From Lingula anatina (lineage: Eukaryota > Animalia > Brachiopoda): a stretch of DNA of 64,000 nucleotides. Under the pieces are notes generated by a model, which made no database searches, was not told the origin of the DNA, and worked only from the letters and a program-made list of their open reading frames with translations. The translations under genes and the position numbers were made by a program. Location of the stretch: NCBI GenBank assembly GCA_051362555.1, contig CM120643.1, positions 22,510,848 through 22,574,847 on the forward strand. The letters are read 5' to 3'. Numbering within the stretch: position 1 is the first letter of the stretch; the number at the start of each line of letters is the position of its first letter. Below, in pieces: positions 1 through 14,302 of this stretch.

Positions 1-707
1 TAGACTGTTAATATATACCCAGGATCAAACATACACTGTATGTTACATGTACGTCTTATGCTAATCCTAGTATTAAATAACATGGTGTAACTGGTACTGA
101 CTGCAATTGCCACAGATTATTCAGGAAGGAATTAGTGTACTATTCAGATATATTTAATGAAAAATATATGCCTCTTTGAGAAGCTGCCATGTTTCTCCTT
201 TATTTATTTATTTATTTATTTATTTAGTTAGTTAGTTAGTTAGTTATTGTCTCAATTCTAGCTGTTAATGAGCTCAGCCTAGATTCAGTTATCAATGAAT
301 ACTCTATTTGTACCAGTAAAATTAAATGTATTTAGCCAAAGTACAATTGTGAATTATTTTTCATTTTTGTTAAGTACTGCAGAGTAGGTAAATGCTTTTT
401 CATTGTTAAAAATACTACCAATATCGGCAAAAATACTTTTTATAATAAATCAATTCAAAAAACTCTAAATATATCAGTCAACAGTGTTACCAGTAAAAAT
501 TGGTGTTTAATTTGAACAATATGTAGTTAGGAATAATATTTACAGTTAAAGTTATTTGGATGGTTGATAAATTTACATGATATTTATTACTTTTAGTTAT
601 TTAAGAAACAGTTATTGCTTATCAGTTAATATTTATTTATTATGTTTAGTAAACAAAAAAAATATTTGAAATCATGTTGACTGTATAATAGGTCACCCAC
701 ACAAAAG

Positions 708-708
<1 letters not shown>

Positions 709-740
<32 letters not shown>
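709..740. repeat. (CA)n microsatellite
   Basis: Run of ac dinucleotides. Confidence 0.9.
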
Positions 741-743
<3 letters not shown>

Positions 744-1666
744 TATGTTTCTGTGAATGCACATACATGTACCAGTACATCCACAATCTAAATTTGTACC
801 ACTGCATTATACAGATACTGGACCAGGTATAATAGTAAGTTCAATGACACAGCTACAGCTGTAGCTATATATAGAGGCTTGTGAGCTCTGAGCTATATAA
901 TTATACAAATACCACAGTAACACATCTTTTAAATGGATTGCAATGTTTCATATGAGATTCAAAACTCCACAATTAAGATGTTTTAAATGACACAAAATTA
1001 GAAATATAATAAATTCCTTTTTACCACCAAAATGGTGGTTATCAGAATTATTCTGTTATCTGTATACTTGACACTGGATGACATTGGAAAGTATGAAGAA
1101 ATTTTTGTTTACCCTAGGTAAATGTGTTTTATGACACTTTTCCAACCAAAATGAAGAGTATCTGAATGCATTGTCATTCCTTTAACCCTTAGTGGAAGCC
1201 ACTCTGGGTAAATAAGGAAGCAATCTCACACCCAATCACTATTATATATGATTTCCGATAATTAAGTCCTGTAGAGCCCCAGAATGATACATGTAATTAC
1301 AATAAGTATACATTGAATAATTTTTTCAGCTAAATGTTGAATATGTCACAGTTAGTATTATAAGGAGATTTAATGGACATAAAAAATACATTTGTTAAAA
1401 TCAGTATAATTTTAAGAATGATAAACATAAGGGTTGAAAGTACAGTCATATCAAGAACAAAAATTTCAGTGTTAATTTTATTTTCATGTATTCAAATGTA
1501 CATGTATGTTTATAAACATAATAGCAAGCCCTAAAATGTATCACTGCTTTTCACTTCCTCAAGGAGGTAACTTTTTTGTCTTTGTTGGCTTGTTACTTTT
1601 TTATTTAAAACATCCTTACTTAAAAATCATGGACAGATCTTAATAAGAAATATGTAAATATAGACT

Positions 1667-1910
1667 GGGTTCCCATACTTAGATCGATCCATCTGGATCA
1701 ACCTAACTCCCTGGAGGTTCATGCTAAATTGCTATCACCTCAAGAGGCTTAAATGTCTGTCACGCCTACCGAATCAGCTAGGGGTAAAGATAATTACCCA
1801 TAAACAGCTTCACTAGGAGTGACAGACTTTAAAGCCAGTTAGTTAGATAGCAATTTAGTGAGACTCCCCAGGGATATAGATTGATCCAAATATCTGTGGG
1901 AATGGTCCCA
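1667..1910. mobile_element. MITE-like inverted-repeat element (family also at ~2190-2351, ~31620-31747, ~47644-47892, ~57880-58230)
   Basis: Imperfect terminal inverted repeats (ttcccata...tgggaa; gatc-acctaactccc-ggg motifs). Shared motifs recur at the other listed positions. Boundaries approximate. Confidence 0.55.
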
Positions 1911-2685
1911 TACATGTATGATACCAGTAGGTCAGAAAGGGACTTTTCTTGTTCTCCTTTGAACTACTGGTAAAAATATGGGTTAAGGTATATTGTACAT
2001 GTACATATATACACATCAACTTTTAACCATTGATATCTGTTTCCATATAAAATAAAACTAGTTGAGAAGCATAATTGTCTGTGTGTGTGTGTGTGTGTGG
2101 GGGGGGGGGGGGGAGGGTTGTGATGATCTAAATTTCTGTGCAGTATACCCGGCCATGAACCAACAAAGCTTGGGGTTTTGAAGTCTTAGAGGGCATTTCC
2201 GAGATCGACCTAACTCCCTGGGGGTTCACGCTAATTACCCTCTTACAGTTTGTAGTAGGCGGGACGGACATTTAAGCCGGATTATCTGACAGTAATCTAG
2301 TGAGACTCTCCACGGGGATAGGTCAATCTAAAATCTATGGGAATGCGCCCTTAAAGTCACTAAAACTTCATTCATCTTATGTGACTCAAAATCCTACTAT
2401 ATTTCTATTATAATTTGCACTGTCATGCATGTTCACTTTGGTAATAATTAGCTCCATTATGTTCATTAAAAAAAACATGGGAAAAGGAGACATCCCTAGG
2501 CTGGTAAATAGATACCGCGTGCCAGCTAAGATCTCTGTTTTTTTTTGTTTTTTTTTTGCCTTTAACTGTATTTACAAATGCCTGTGCATATAGCCATTGT
2601 TTGCATTGATCTGGTTTCACTGTCATTGTCAACATCAGTGTCACCCTGTGCTTTTCACTGTAATCACTTTTATGGTCATATATAC

Positions 2686-2927
2686 CAGTGGCAGATTAAG
2701 AGGGGGTCAGGGTAAGGGGGGTCCTGACCCCCCCCCCCCCCCCCCCCTTTCATTCGGTTTCTGAAAAAAATCACACTAATATTCCCCTCTAGGAATTAGA
2801 ATTTTGACTAGCTATTTTATAGTACTAAACTGTACCAAATGGCACAAAATTTTCTGGGGGGTGGGGGAGCTTGATGTCGGGTTCTCATCTGTGGGCCCCC
2901 CTTCAAATAATCCTGTATCCTCACCTG
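2686..2927. mobile_element. hAT-like MITE (CAGTGGC...CCTG family; copies at 38714-38979 and 63226-63516)
   Basis: Termini cagtggc(a/g)gatt...atcc(g/t)c(a/c)cctg. Internal motifs 'gggtcctgacccc' and 'taaac(t/c)gtaccaaa' are shared by the three copies. Confidence 0.6.
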
Positions 2928-4215
2928 CATACTGTCCTATTTTTGAGATTTTCCATGATATGAGTAATTATTGTTAACACCTGAAAATGAATCTAATTAC
3001 ATTGATGGTCATAAGTGAATAGTGAATATAAGAGCAACAAATATGACAATGACAATTAATGTGTCCTTTCCCCACATGCTACTTAATTTATTATTACCAT
3101 TATATAGAATATTCACCAAAGATGCTCTTAAAATGATTGTTATTCTATAGCCTGTGAATTTTCATTCAGAAGCCCTACATTATGTACAGTCTATGATATT
3201 GATAATAAGGATAACACCCCAGAGCTTTCAGTTGTTTCCTGTGGTAAACATGCAAGGTAAAAACATCATGTGCTTCAGAGGTTTTCTTGAGACATGATGT
3301 GCAGAAGCAGCATGCAAATAAATCAGTGTATTATGGATGCATGTTGCCAGTCTTGAGTGTTTGTTGATGATGATTCCAGTTTTGTTTTATTCAGTATTTA
3401 CAGAAACCTTGGGAGTGATTCATCAGTTTATTTTATATTATTAATTTAGGTTTCTGGTACATCATGGATAATTTAAATTAAGCAATACTTATTGTCAAAA
3501 TACTTATTTGAACTGGATGCATAACTGTTTTTATCACCTTTTAAATAATTTAAATGTAGATTTCTTATTTATTGAAGGGTATTAGAAAATGTAGAATTAA
3601 TGGGGCAAGTCAAAATTATGCAAATATAATACGAAATATATGTACCGGTATGTATCTCTGACAAGACTGAAATGATCACGACATGTGCTTTCCTACGGAA
3701 ACGATCACCCACGTAAGCTCCCTGTTGAAGTGAGGGGAAAAAACTGCAGATTACATGTAGCAGAAACCTAAATGGATGGTGTGCACTGTCACATCGTTAT
3801 GCACAATTTATACATGTTTGTTTAAAATGTATGTTTTTATATACAGGCGTGCACTGTATATGTATCTAACCATTTATGTTCTGATCACCGAGTCTGTCCA
3901 TGCTGTTGCCATCTGACATATCTGTTGCTCACCTTATAATTGCATAACAATATTTTTGTTTAACTTTGAATTATTTATTTATTTATCTATTTATTTATGT
4001 TGGCAATTTTGACCATTATGTGAAAAAATTATTTTTGTTTTTTCATGTTATTCAAGTATTTCAATTTTGCTAAATATTTTTTTCCTTCGTAAAAAGGTGA
4101 GATCTTTTCAAAAATCAATGTCATCAGATTATTTTTACAGAAGTTATTTGTTTATATATTAATTAATTAAATTTTTTTTTGGGGGGGGGGCATGCATTTT
4201 TTAGACATTCATTCC

Positions 4216-4259
<44 letters not shown>

Positions 4260-4657
4260 TAATTAAGTACCAAACCATTTTTTACCTGCAATAAAAAGTA
4301 TTGTTTGGGTCCCATTATTTAGGTCAAGTAAAGTACTACATGTTACATGTATATGTCACAATAATGGGAATAGGTTTGTTATCTGTATATCTGCCAACTT
4401 TGCTGGACATTAAGGGGATGTATTAATCGATTTTCTAAAAAGATCCACCACTTTCATCTCTGTACCAGCACATTTTATATTAGCCATTTATTAATCCACC
4501 ACCCAATCTGGAATGATGGGGCTCATTCCCATGCAATGAAATTTTATTAATTGTTCCAAGTAGAATGATCGAACTTCACAGGGACTCATCCTGAATGCAA
4601 TCAGGTTAATAAATTACTGTAACACACGTCCTCTCGTGCCCGGTGTACTTGTATAAT

Positions 4658-4833
4658 CGTGGGCGTCTCGATAGTCCGAAGGTTCATTGGTCCGAAGGTT
4701 CATTGGTCCGAAAAGTAGTAACATTTTCATCGATTTTTTAATCAAGGGTTCATTGGTCCGAAGGTTCTATAGTGAACATTCGGACCAATGAACCTTCGGA
4801 CTATTGAACCTTCGGACTATCGCTACGGCCCCG
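4658..4833. mobile_element. MITE with tandem subterminal repeats and 6-bp TATAAT target-site duplication
   Basis: Arms built of 'ggtccgaaggttcatt' units and their reverse complement. TATAAT occurs at 4652-4657 and 4834-4839. Confidence 0.7.
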
Positions 4834-4940
4834 TATAATCACCAGCTTACAGTATGAGGGCATTCTGAACAAGTTGATCTGAGGACTAACAGATCCATGG
4901 ATCAAATATGGCTGACCAACATTAAAGCAGAGCTGACTAA

Positions 4941-6698
4941 CACTAGTGGGCCTGATTTGATCTTAAAGTGCAATTTCAGTCCAACACTAGACTGAACCGG
5001 TCTTAAAAATTAAGGAGGGACTCTTAATTTAGTCTTAAGACTAAAAACAAACTTAAATTGCAGTGAGTAAGACTATAATTGGTCTAAATTCAACTGAAGT
5101 GGCAAAGCAATTATCTCCCCACACACATTCAGATCAAACTTGGACTTACTCTCCAGCCAGACAGGTGAAGATAGCAATCAAGTAGAGGGCCATTGTGTGA
5201 GTAGCAAAGGGTGGTCTCTTGGCAAGTAAGTGCTAATTGCCTAATTGATAAGGGTGATTCAGATACTGCCTCAGATAATTTCTAAAGCAAGGAAAGACTT
5301 GGTTGTGGAAGTACTAGTGCAGCATACTTTTAATGTTTTGACAGGAGAGCTTAGGAATATAGCATTAACAAACAAGGTACATTTATTTTAAAATTAGACA
5401 TGGCCTTTTATTTGTCACAAACAATTGAAAATTCACTTCAATCTAACATAAAAATGTATAGTTTTAATTTTATTTAAAATCACAATATACCGCAGGAATT
5501 TAATGTTAGAATTTCATATTCAAAACAATATACATGTATTTCTTGATTTTTGCCTTTGAAGGAAGTCTTTCTTTTTTCTTTCTCTCTTTGCCCTTGGTGA
5601 TGTAGTTGCGATTGGTCTTGGACCCAAGTCATTTGATGCCGCAGAAGTCATAAGGGTGGACAATGATCAAGTGAGTGTGAAATATCTGAAGAAAAGAGGG
5701 CAAGTCCTCACTGAGTGGTTAATCGAAGGAATGGACTATTTGGGCAAGTGCCACATCAACCCAGTAGTATCATGTTTTCGTAACAAAAATTACATTTCCA
5801 AGGAAGAGATGGACAGAACTTTGGACATTTTAAAAGAGATTTTTTAGGACAGACGCATCAAGGAAATTATACAGCAGGGAACTTGCCATATCATAAGAAT
5901 TTAAGGATCAAGATAAATGTGAAATTGATACGATTTAATTTATAATTGTGAATACTGATGTGCCTGTAATTGAAGTGTTACCATGTTTTAAAAGTAAAAA
6001 AGTAATTTTGTATTTTCAATTTTTTTTTTTGTGAATTGTATATGAGTATTTGGTACAAATAAAAGGAAACTTGCTTTACAATTAAAATAACTGTACCTTG
6101 TTTTTCACTGCCTTGCATTCACATTTCTTGGGACAATAACAAATACTTAATGTCAAAACCTTTTAATAAAGAAAAATTGTTAAATGTATGCTACATTTTC
6201 CCTGCTTTAGAAATTATCTGAGGTAGTATCTGATTCACCCTTTAGATATAAATCAAAATCAAAGAAAGAGAAAACAAAGAAAGGAAGACTTCCTTCAAAA
6301 CAATTTTAAAAGTATGCTGCACTAGTACTTCCACAACCAAGTCTTTCCTTGCTTTAGAAATTATCTGAGACAGTATCTGAATCACCCTTATCAATTAGGC
6401 AATTAGCACTTACTTGCCAAGAGACCACCCTTTGCTACTCACACAATGGCCCTCTACTTGATTGCTATCTTCACCTGTCTGGCTGGAGAGTAAGTCCAAG
6501 TTTGATCTGAATGTGTGTGGGGAGATAATTGCTTTGCCACTTCAGTTGAATTTAGACCAATTATAGTCTTACTCACTGCAGTTTAAGTTTGTTTTTAGTC
6601 TTAAGACTAAATTAAGAGTCCCTCCTTAATTTTTAAGACCGGTTCAGTCTAGTGTTGGACTGAAATTGCACTTTAAGATCAAATCAGGCCCACTAGTG
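4941..6698. mobile_element. Non-autonomous DNA transposon with ~393-bp TIRs and CACTA...TAGTG termini (CMC/EnSpm-like), TAA TSD
   Basis: 4941-5333 is a near-perfect reverse complement of 6306-6698. TAA flanks both sides (4938-4940, 6699-6701). An internal coding remnant lies at ~5580-5847. Confidence 0.85.
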
Positions 6699-7740
6699 TA
6701 ATCTGCTGATGGTCTCCATGACTCCACACGTGCCATCCCTGCATGGGTCTAGCAATTAAACCTCGGAGCCATGATTTAATCTGTATAATGGCGTATGCGG
6801 AGGATTTTGTAACTGACACTCATTATGAATTTAATCTTAAAAATATATCATCTATATTCACAATTTCCCCCCCATTGAAAAGATTGAGTAATTACCGCAT
6901 GTAGAACAATAGTTTTGTTAGGAATGAGCCCATTTACAGTAGTTGCAATAAATCATCTACAACAGATGCCTTCTTCCAAATAAAAAATTTAAGCTAAAAA
7001 TGATTGATTCTGGCTGAGGCCTTTCTGATTCTAGAATTTGAAACAGTAGTCTTTTCTGGCTAACATGTACAACAGCAGGAGTTGTGAATATATGACATTT
7101 ACTCAGTAAATATATACACCTGCATATATTGTTACACTATGTGTGACTTCAGATGTTTTCAGGAAGCAGGTAAATACAGAAAATAAGTGACAAAATATTG
7201 ATAATAGTAGTATGTGTTACATGAATATTGTGAGATTGATGTGTATCAATTTTTATACAAATGACTGAATTGAGCCAATTGGGACATAAAAAAATAAAGG
7301 AGCTCACCTTGTGCCCTAATCAATTTGCTAGATTAGATAATTATAATTTTTAGTGCCTAGGAATGAGGGTGAAATCATAAGGACTGGTTTTCAGCAAAGA
7401 TATTTTATATACTAAGCCCTAAACATTATATAATGAAATAATGTAAAATAAATTCACAAATTATATGTGCTAACAATTTTTTAACATTAAAATGAAGTCA
7501 AGAAGGCAGATCTTCAGCAGCGGTGTACAGTTTTGTCTGTATTATTTTGTTGCAGCAATGCTGATATTACAGTGAGAACTATACCATATATAATTTTACA
7601 CTTTTTGCAGATATCGCTTTGGTTTATTTTGGTCACTTTTTCTTAGAAGTTAACACACACCAGTCTTTTTCCATTGAAAATCATATCTGTCAATCACATG
7701 TGTAATGCTGATACTAATGGATGATTATTGTTGTCTTCAG

Positions 7741-10700
7741 GTGTGACTTTGACTTCCTTGAAATAGCATCTGGCAACTGGAGTGATAGAAAAAGATTCTG
7801 TGGCGACTACACAGATAAACTGAAGCTACTACATTATATTGGCTTGCCTGGAGAAGTGGTCCACCTTCGATTTGTTTCTGACAGATCAAACATTTATCCT
7901 GGGTTCTTGGCCAAATACAGCATGACAACAGGTGGGTGTTATTTACCAATCATCAATAATTTTGAATAATTTGATTTTTTATGATACTGATTGGCGTACT
8001 TTATTTGAACTGGATGCAATCAAAGGTATACTTGAAAGTCAGTAGTCTAGAGGGTTTGACTGAACTGTCCTTTAGGCTGGGCAAACATCTGTTCTGAGTC
8101 AAAATTTAATCTTATTTCAATGTCATTATGGCAAAAAAGCCCACTTTTTTGCACACACACAAAAAAAGGCTTTGGTAATGCTGCATGTTTGGTTATTGGC
8201 CTATTTTCTATCATGTGAAAATTTGTTTCCTGTCTGATGTATTGATTTATTATGATGAGTATGTACCATAGTTAGGAATGACCTCCCTTAGCAAAATATC
8301 AGGCCTGCTGCAAACTGTAGAAATTCTTTCAAATTGCTGCAAACTTTTCATTTTGCTAAGGGTATGCATACATGCTAACAAATAACGTTTAAAAAACATA
8401 ACATGGCTTTCAAAATAAATGAAATATAAAAATACTTGTGTAACTCACTTAGTTACAAAATTAATGCTGTAAAAATTGATCAGACTTAGGACCCAATGTC
8501 AAGCTGATTTTTGATATACGTATTTACCGGACTATAAATGCAGGCCCGTAGCTAGCAATTTCAAAAGGGGATTCTTTTCCTGAAAAAGTGGACCTTTTAC
8601 CATGAAACCTTCATGTGCCTAGATAAATTTTTACCCAGCGGGGACCTTTTCCCAGCAAAAGGGGGTTCTTCCAAACCCTCGAACCCCCCTGGCTACGGGC
8701 CTGAAATGGTAACGAATTCTTGATTATGCATATCATGTGGTGACAATTTTTTAATTTCAGAGACCAGCCCAGTGTTCCCCCTACAATCCCAGTCCATCAC
8801 AGAGTTCCAAGGAAACCTAACCAGCCCAAAATTCCCTGAATATTATGACAACAACAGCAACTTCATTTGGAACTTCATAACTCCTTCCGGTTTCCAAATT
8901 TTATTTACGATTTTGGTAATCAATTTAGAATACCAACAAGACTGTTTGTATGATTTCTTAGGATTTCAAAGCAAGTGTGATTTGACATTGAAAAGGTATT
9001 GCGGAAGAGGAAAGAGAAGGATTTATTTTGAATCTCCTTGCAATGAAACTTCTGTGATGTTTCACTCAGATTACAAAGGGACAGGTCAGGGATTTTGGCT
9101 CACATGGGATACAATTGATATGTCATCTTGTGAACTGTCACCTCAGATAATGACTGCTCCCTCTGGGCATGTGGCCAGCCTGAACTATCCTGTACAGTAT
9201 TTGAATGATTTAGAATGTGTGGTTGAGATTCAAGGAGAAAGTGGACAGAGGATTTTCCTGGAATTTCAAGATTTCACACTAGATGGCTCCTCTACAGATT
9301 TTGTTGCCTTGGATTTCCATGATGGACTTGAGAAGTTGACTCTGTCAAATCTTATATACCCTGGAGATATGAATGATGATATACACTTTCTGTCTCCTAG
9401 TAACAAATTGACCATTACCTTTTATTCAGATGGTGCCAATACTTCCAAAGGTTTTTATGCCACTTACAAAGCTGGTAAATTTGTCTAAAATATGTTTCAT
9501 TCTTTTGAACAAGAAATATGTTCGAAGTTCTATCAAGCTTGGCAGATGATTAGTATTTTTTGTATTTAAATACAATAAATATTGATTAAGTAACTGAAAT
9601 GTGGTTTTTAATGTTATTAAAACAGTTTCATGATTTCCATGTTTAGATGTCAGTCCTCTGGGTGAGTTAAGCCTTGTTGGTTCTATTATGATTCAACAAA
9701 ATTCTTTCTAAATTATATCAAATCTCTGATTATTTATTTATATTTTTTTAGTCTCTGGGGAAACAACCCGAGTCAACAGTCTCAAAAGTCTAGGAACAAA
9801 AGCTTATGGCAGTGTTTCTAGTCTCAACAGTCCATTCCAGTACCCCAATTGTCTTGCCCATGGTACCACTCTCAAGGCACCCCTGGGTTATGTTATAGAA
9901 CTGACCATTACACAAGTGGACATCAAACTGTCCAAGAGCTGTATATCAGACAGCCTACAAGTAGTTGATCCCTATGGTGGTTACCAGGACAACAGTGCTG
10001 TCAGGGGTCATCAAGGACATACTATCACCATGGCAACCATCTGTGGGCAGGACAGGGATATAATTTTGGAAAGAAACAGTGCTCCTGGATCTCTATCTGG
10101 TCACCCACTTTCTCATGTATATACCTCCTACCTGAACCAAATGGAACTGCTTTTTACAAGTGGTTGTGATAAAAGTGGCATCAGTAATAAAGAAAAGCAT
10201 ACAGGCTTTGTAGCAACATTTGCAGTTAAGGAAGGTAAGGCCATTATTTTGCACCACTTTTCTTTTAAAATAACGAATATTGTATTTATATTTGATATAA
10301 ACTGTATCATTTTTTATGTTTAGACAGTTTGCTCACACTTTAAATAGCATAATTTCTCATGAAATGTAATGTGCAGTTTATATTGAATTGAGACATGTAT
10401 TATAAAAACAACGTAGTTGATATTCTGCTAACTTTTTGGAGTGTTCTTGTAGATGTTTAGAAAGGGTATCATTAGTATATGTGTGATAACTTTACATCAG
10501 TTTCATTAGTTTTGAATTTTATAAATAAGGTAGATCACACACAAAAGCTTCATTGTCATTTATGATTATTACCAAAATACAATTAAAGCATCATTATCAA
10601 TTATTTTAATTTTAGCTATCAATATGATATACAGTACTGACTGTGTCACATAAGACAGGCATTGATTCCGGGGTGTTGAAAAAAGTGAAATATCATTTTC

Positions 10701-12626
10701 TTAATCTTATTTCAGATCCAGTTTTTCTAAACAAAACATTCAACGATGCAGTGAATGTTTCGCTGGACAACTGCGACATTAATGTTTGTCAGAATGGAGG
10801 GCAGTGTAAAAGCACATCAGCAAAATCTGCATTTTTCCATCACTGTCAATGTTCAGGGTATTACACAGGTGAGTGGTTTGTGTCACAGGTGCACAATGAT
10901 ATTAACACAATAAGCTTGACAAGGACCCAGGTGTAGCAATGCATGGAGAACATGACTGAAATGTACATGTAATACTTGCCAGCACTGATATTAATTGTCA
11001 AAGTGAAAGTCTTGGTATGGTAATGCTACATAAAAAAGAGACTGGAAGAGATTTTGATGCCTTTTGAGATATTCTTTTACAATTCAGATGGCACTGGGTC
11101 AATAAATGGAGACTGGAGGTTTGCAGACCTTGATCACATTTATATCCAACTACAGTGTACACTGTAGCATTATTAAATGCTTGGTGTAATTTCTAGTTTT
11201 CATCCATTTCATTCTAATTAGTCACTCTCTGTCATTTTAATATGAAGTGCACTCAATTCATTTTGATTGCTAATAAGATATTATAAATCTAAAATTAGAA
11301 ATATATCTAGAATAGCAATTAATACCAAATGGACCACTACTATTACATGTACAAAGTATGTGTTTCATGTAGCAATGGACCATCAGAAAAATAATTTAGT
11401 TTCCATATCTTCTGACTCGTTTGCCACAACCAGCCAGTTTGCGTGCAAGGACTGATTTTCTTTTTTATCTCATGAATCTGCCATGCACACAAGTATAATG
11501 TGCATGACTAGTAATTAAAGCCCATTTACACACATTGACACTTGCTGTGAAGTCACACTGGGATGCGAGTCATGCTTTTACAATGCAGCTATGTACAGCT
11601 ATATATACCCAGTGTATATTACACCTGTAGCTAATTCAGCTTTCTGAGAATCTAAATCAAGTTGCATTTTACAACGAAGAGACATTTCAGAACAAGTTGA
11701 TATGTGGACTGACAGATCTGAGGACTAAATATGGCGGACCCACTTAAAAGTAATGCCAATAAACCTCAATGGTCTCCCTACCTCCACATACCCTGTCACT
11801 GCAGGAGTCTGGCAATTAAACTTCGGAGCTGAGATTAAATCTGTTTAATGGCATGTGTGGAGGTGGGGAGACCATCAGGGAATTAAGGGGCTTGCTCTTA
11901 AGCATATTTAGCCGAAAAATCAGTTAGTCCGTGGATCAGCTATTCTGAATGTGCTCTAAGGCATTTGTACATCTCCATGGCTCATCTATCATTACATTGT
12001 TAAAACTTATTTAGCTCGAAGGCAAGAGTGTTATTGTCATGATATTGTTTTTAACTTGCAGAGATTACATCGGCCTATTATGGTATTCCAACTACGTGTT
12101 TATCACATACATGTATTAATAGTAAATTGTCAAAAGCATGTACCTTCTCTACTTAAACAATTTTCACAATTAAAAATCACTTTTCATAGTAAGCAATATG
12201 TATCTGAAATAATGAATTCCTAAATCTTTTGAAATATAATAGTCTCATGATACTGATATTTGCTTGCATGTCTCAGAATTTTCACCATGGTTTTATTTTC
12301 AGGACTTTTCTGTCACATCACTCACTGTGACCTGGCTAACTGCCACAGTGGACACTGTCACTTAGTGGACAATGGACATGTATGTAATTGCTTTGACAAC
12401 TTCTTTGGGCCTGACTGCAACATGTCTCAGGCTGTCTGCTCACAGCAGAGATGTCATGGCCATGGGCAATGTGTCCGTTCTGAAGAGGGACAGGAATTGT
12501 GCGTTTGTAATGGAAATTGGACAGGTACTTGTATGGACTGCTATTTTGTGGGGTGGAAGAGAAAAACATATGTAAATTTTCACAACATAGTCCACAATCA
12601 TTACCCCTCCCCCCACCCCACCCCAC

Positions 12627-12659
<33 letters not shown>

Positions 12660-13926
12660 TCCTGTCTGTCTCATGTATGTGTAGTAATTGGTCATTTGTA
12701 AAAGCATTTGATAATTAATTTTTGCATGTACATGTATATCTGGGCTGGGAAATTCTGTTTTTATTCTTTAAGCATATTATTTCTTTGTCAAATTTCTCTA
12801 CAAATGACTTTTTCAGGGCTTGTAAGATGTTAATATTGTTCGTGTTCTGTCAGAGAAAGAAACTTTGATAAAGCTGACTTCCAAATATTACCCATTTAAG
12901 GATGGAACTTTTCAACACTTGTAGGTTATTCATTTATTGGGTTGGTTTTAATTTTTTCTTTATTTTCTTTCATTTTCTCCAGGTGACAGCTGTTCTTTGC
13001 TGCGAAATACTAAAAGAACATATAGTCTGCTGCAGCAGCCATTTTGGCTGGGAATTGTGGTAGTTTTTGCTGGCATGGCATTGGGTGGTATCCTTTATTA
13101 CTTCAGGCAGAGGTTTGTGGATTGCTGGCATCAGTGCTGTGGTTATGGATTAGAGTCCACAGTGCAAGGTAGGGAATGAGCAAAATTTGCATCAGATGTG
13201 TAAAATTATTACACAAATTTGAGTCTTTTGCAGTTTGGGTATTTATTACCAATTTTGTCTATATTGCAAATTAGTCTTGCTGTTTACTACAATCAAATTT
13301 TGTAATAACAATAATATGATTAATATTGCAAAATTTGTCAACTGCAACTTAAAGCAGCTGTATCCCAATTATACAGCATTTTATCAGTCATTTGAAACAG
13401 CAAGAGGTTTAATAAGTTATATGTAGTAGACGAGTTCATCAAATTTAAGTAAATATCTCTTAAATGCATCCTGGCTGTAAAACCTGATTTTACAGAACAG
13501 TGCAAACTTATAATACTATAAGACGTCAGAGCATGTACAGGTTTGGGCTATAGAACTGATTAATCTACTGGGTGTAAGAGCTAAGATTGCTGTTGGATGT
13601 GACATGGCCAAATGTCTTAGATGAGCAGCATTCTCTCCAAAGCACATTCAACACAATATGAGTACTTCTGAATGACTACATCTTTATTATCTATATATCC
13701 CTTTAATAGATGGGTTACTGTCATTATAGTTGATATGTTGATATTTTTTTAGAAACAAACAAGAAGACATCTGCATATGAGTGCATACTGCCATCGCACT
13801 TGGACACACTGTCCAGCAACAGTGGCAACACCAACAATGGCTTTAAATGGGAAGACAGTACCCCTGAAAACAGCAAGAAAACAGTGAACATTTCATCAGA
13901 TTGCAGATGCCAGTCAGTAAGTGGTT

Positions 13927-13973
<47 letters not shown>

Positions 13974-14257
13974 TGTGTTTTTTAATGTATGGATGCTTTT
14001 CTTTGCAATTTTAAAGCTTAAATGTTGTGATCAAGTCATCATTTGGTGGTAGTGGTTTGTAATTGACTTGAATAGTTTTATGAATACTGTAAACATAAAC
14101 AATGTCTTTGTGTCTTGATTATTTTTATGCTCCAAATTTACACTAAGGTGAAACATGCAAGTAATATTGGATGAATCAGTTATTTACACTCAAAAATAGA
14201 CTTTGTTTCAACATCGTCAAGAGGATAAGAAATGTTGGATTTTCTTTTCATGAAGTT

Positions 14258-14302
<45 letters not shown>

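Noticed and set aside
1-7740. Upstream exons of the CUB-EGF gene
   Set aside because: No CUB-like coding segment with compatible splice sites was recognised; the region appears intronic and repeat-rich.
7741-12524. Assigning the CUB/EGF gene to cubilin or tolloid/BMP1
   Set aside because: Domain order, the TM helix and the long tail do not fit, and no astacin domain is visible. The 5' part is missing, so no gene symbol is given.
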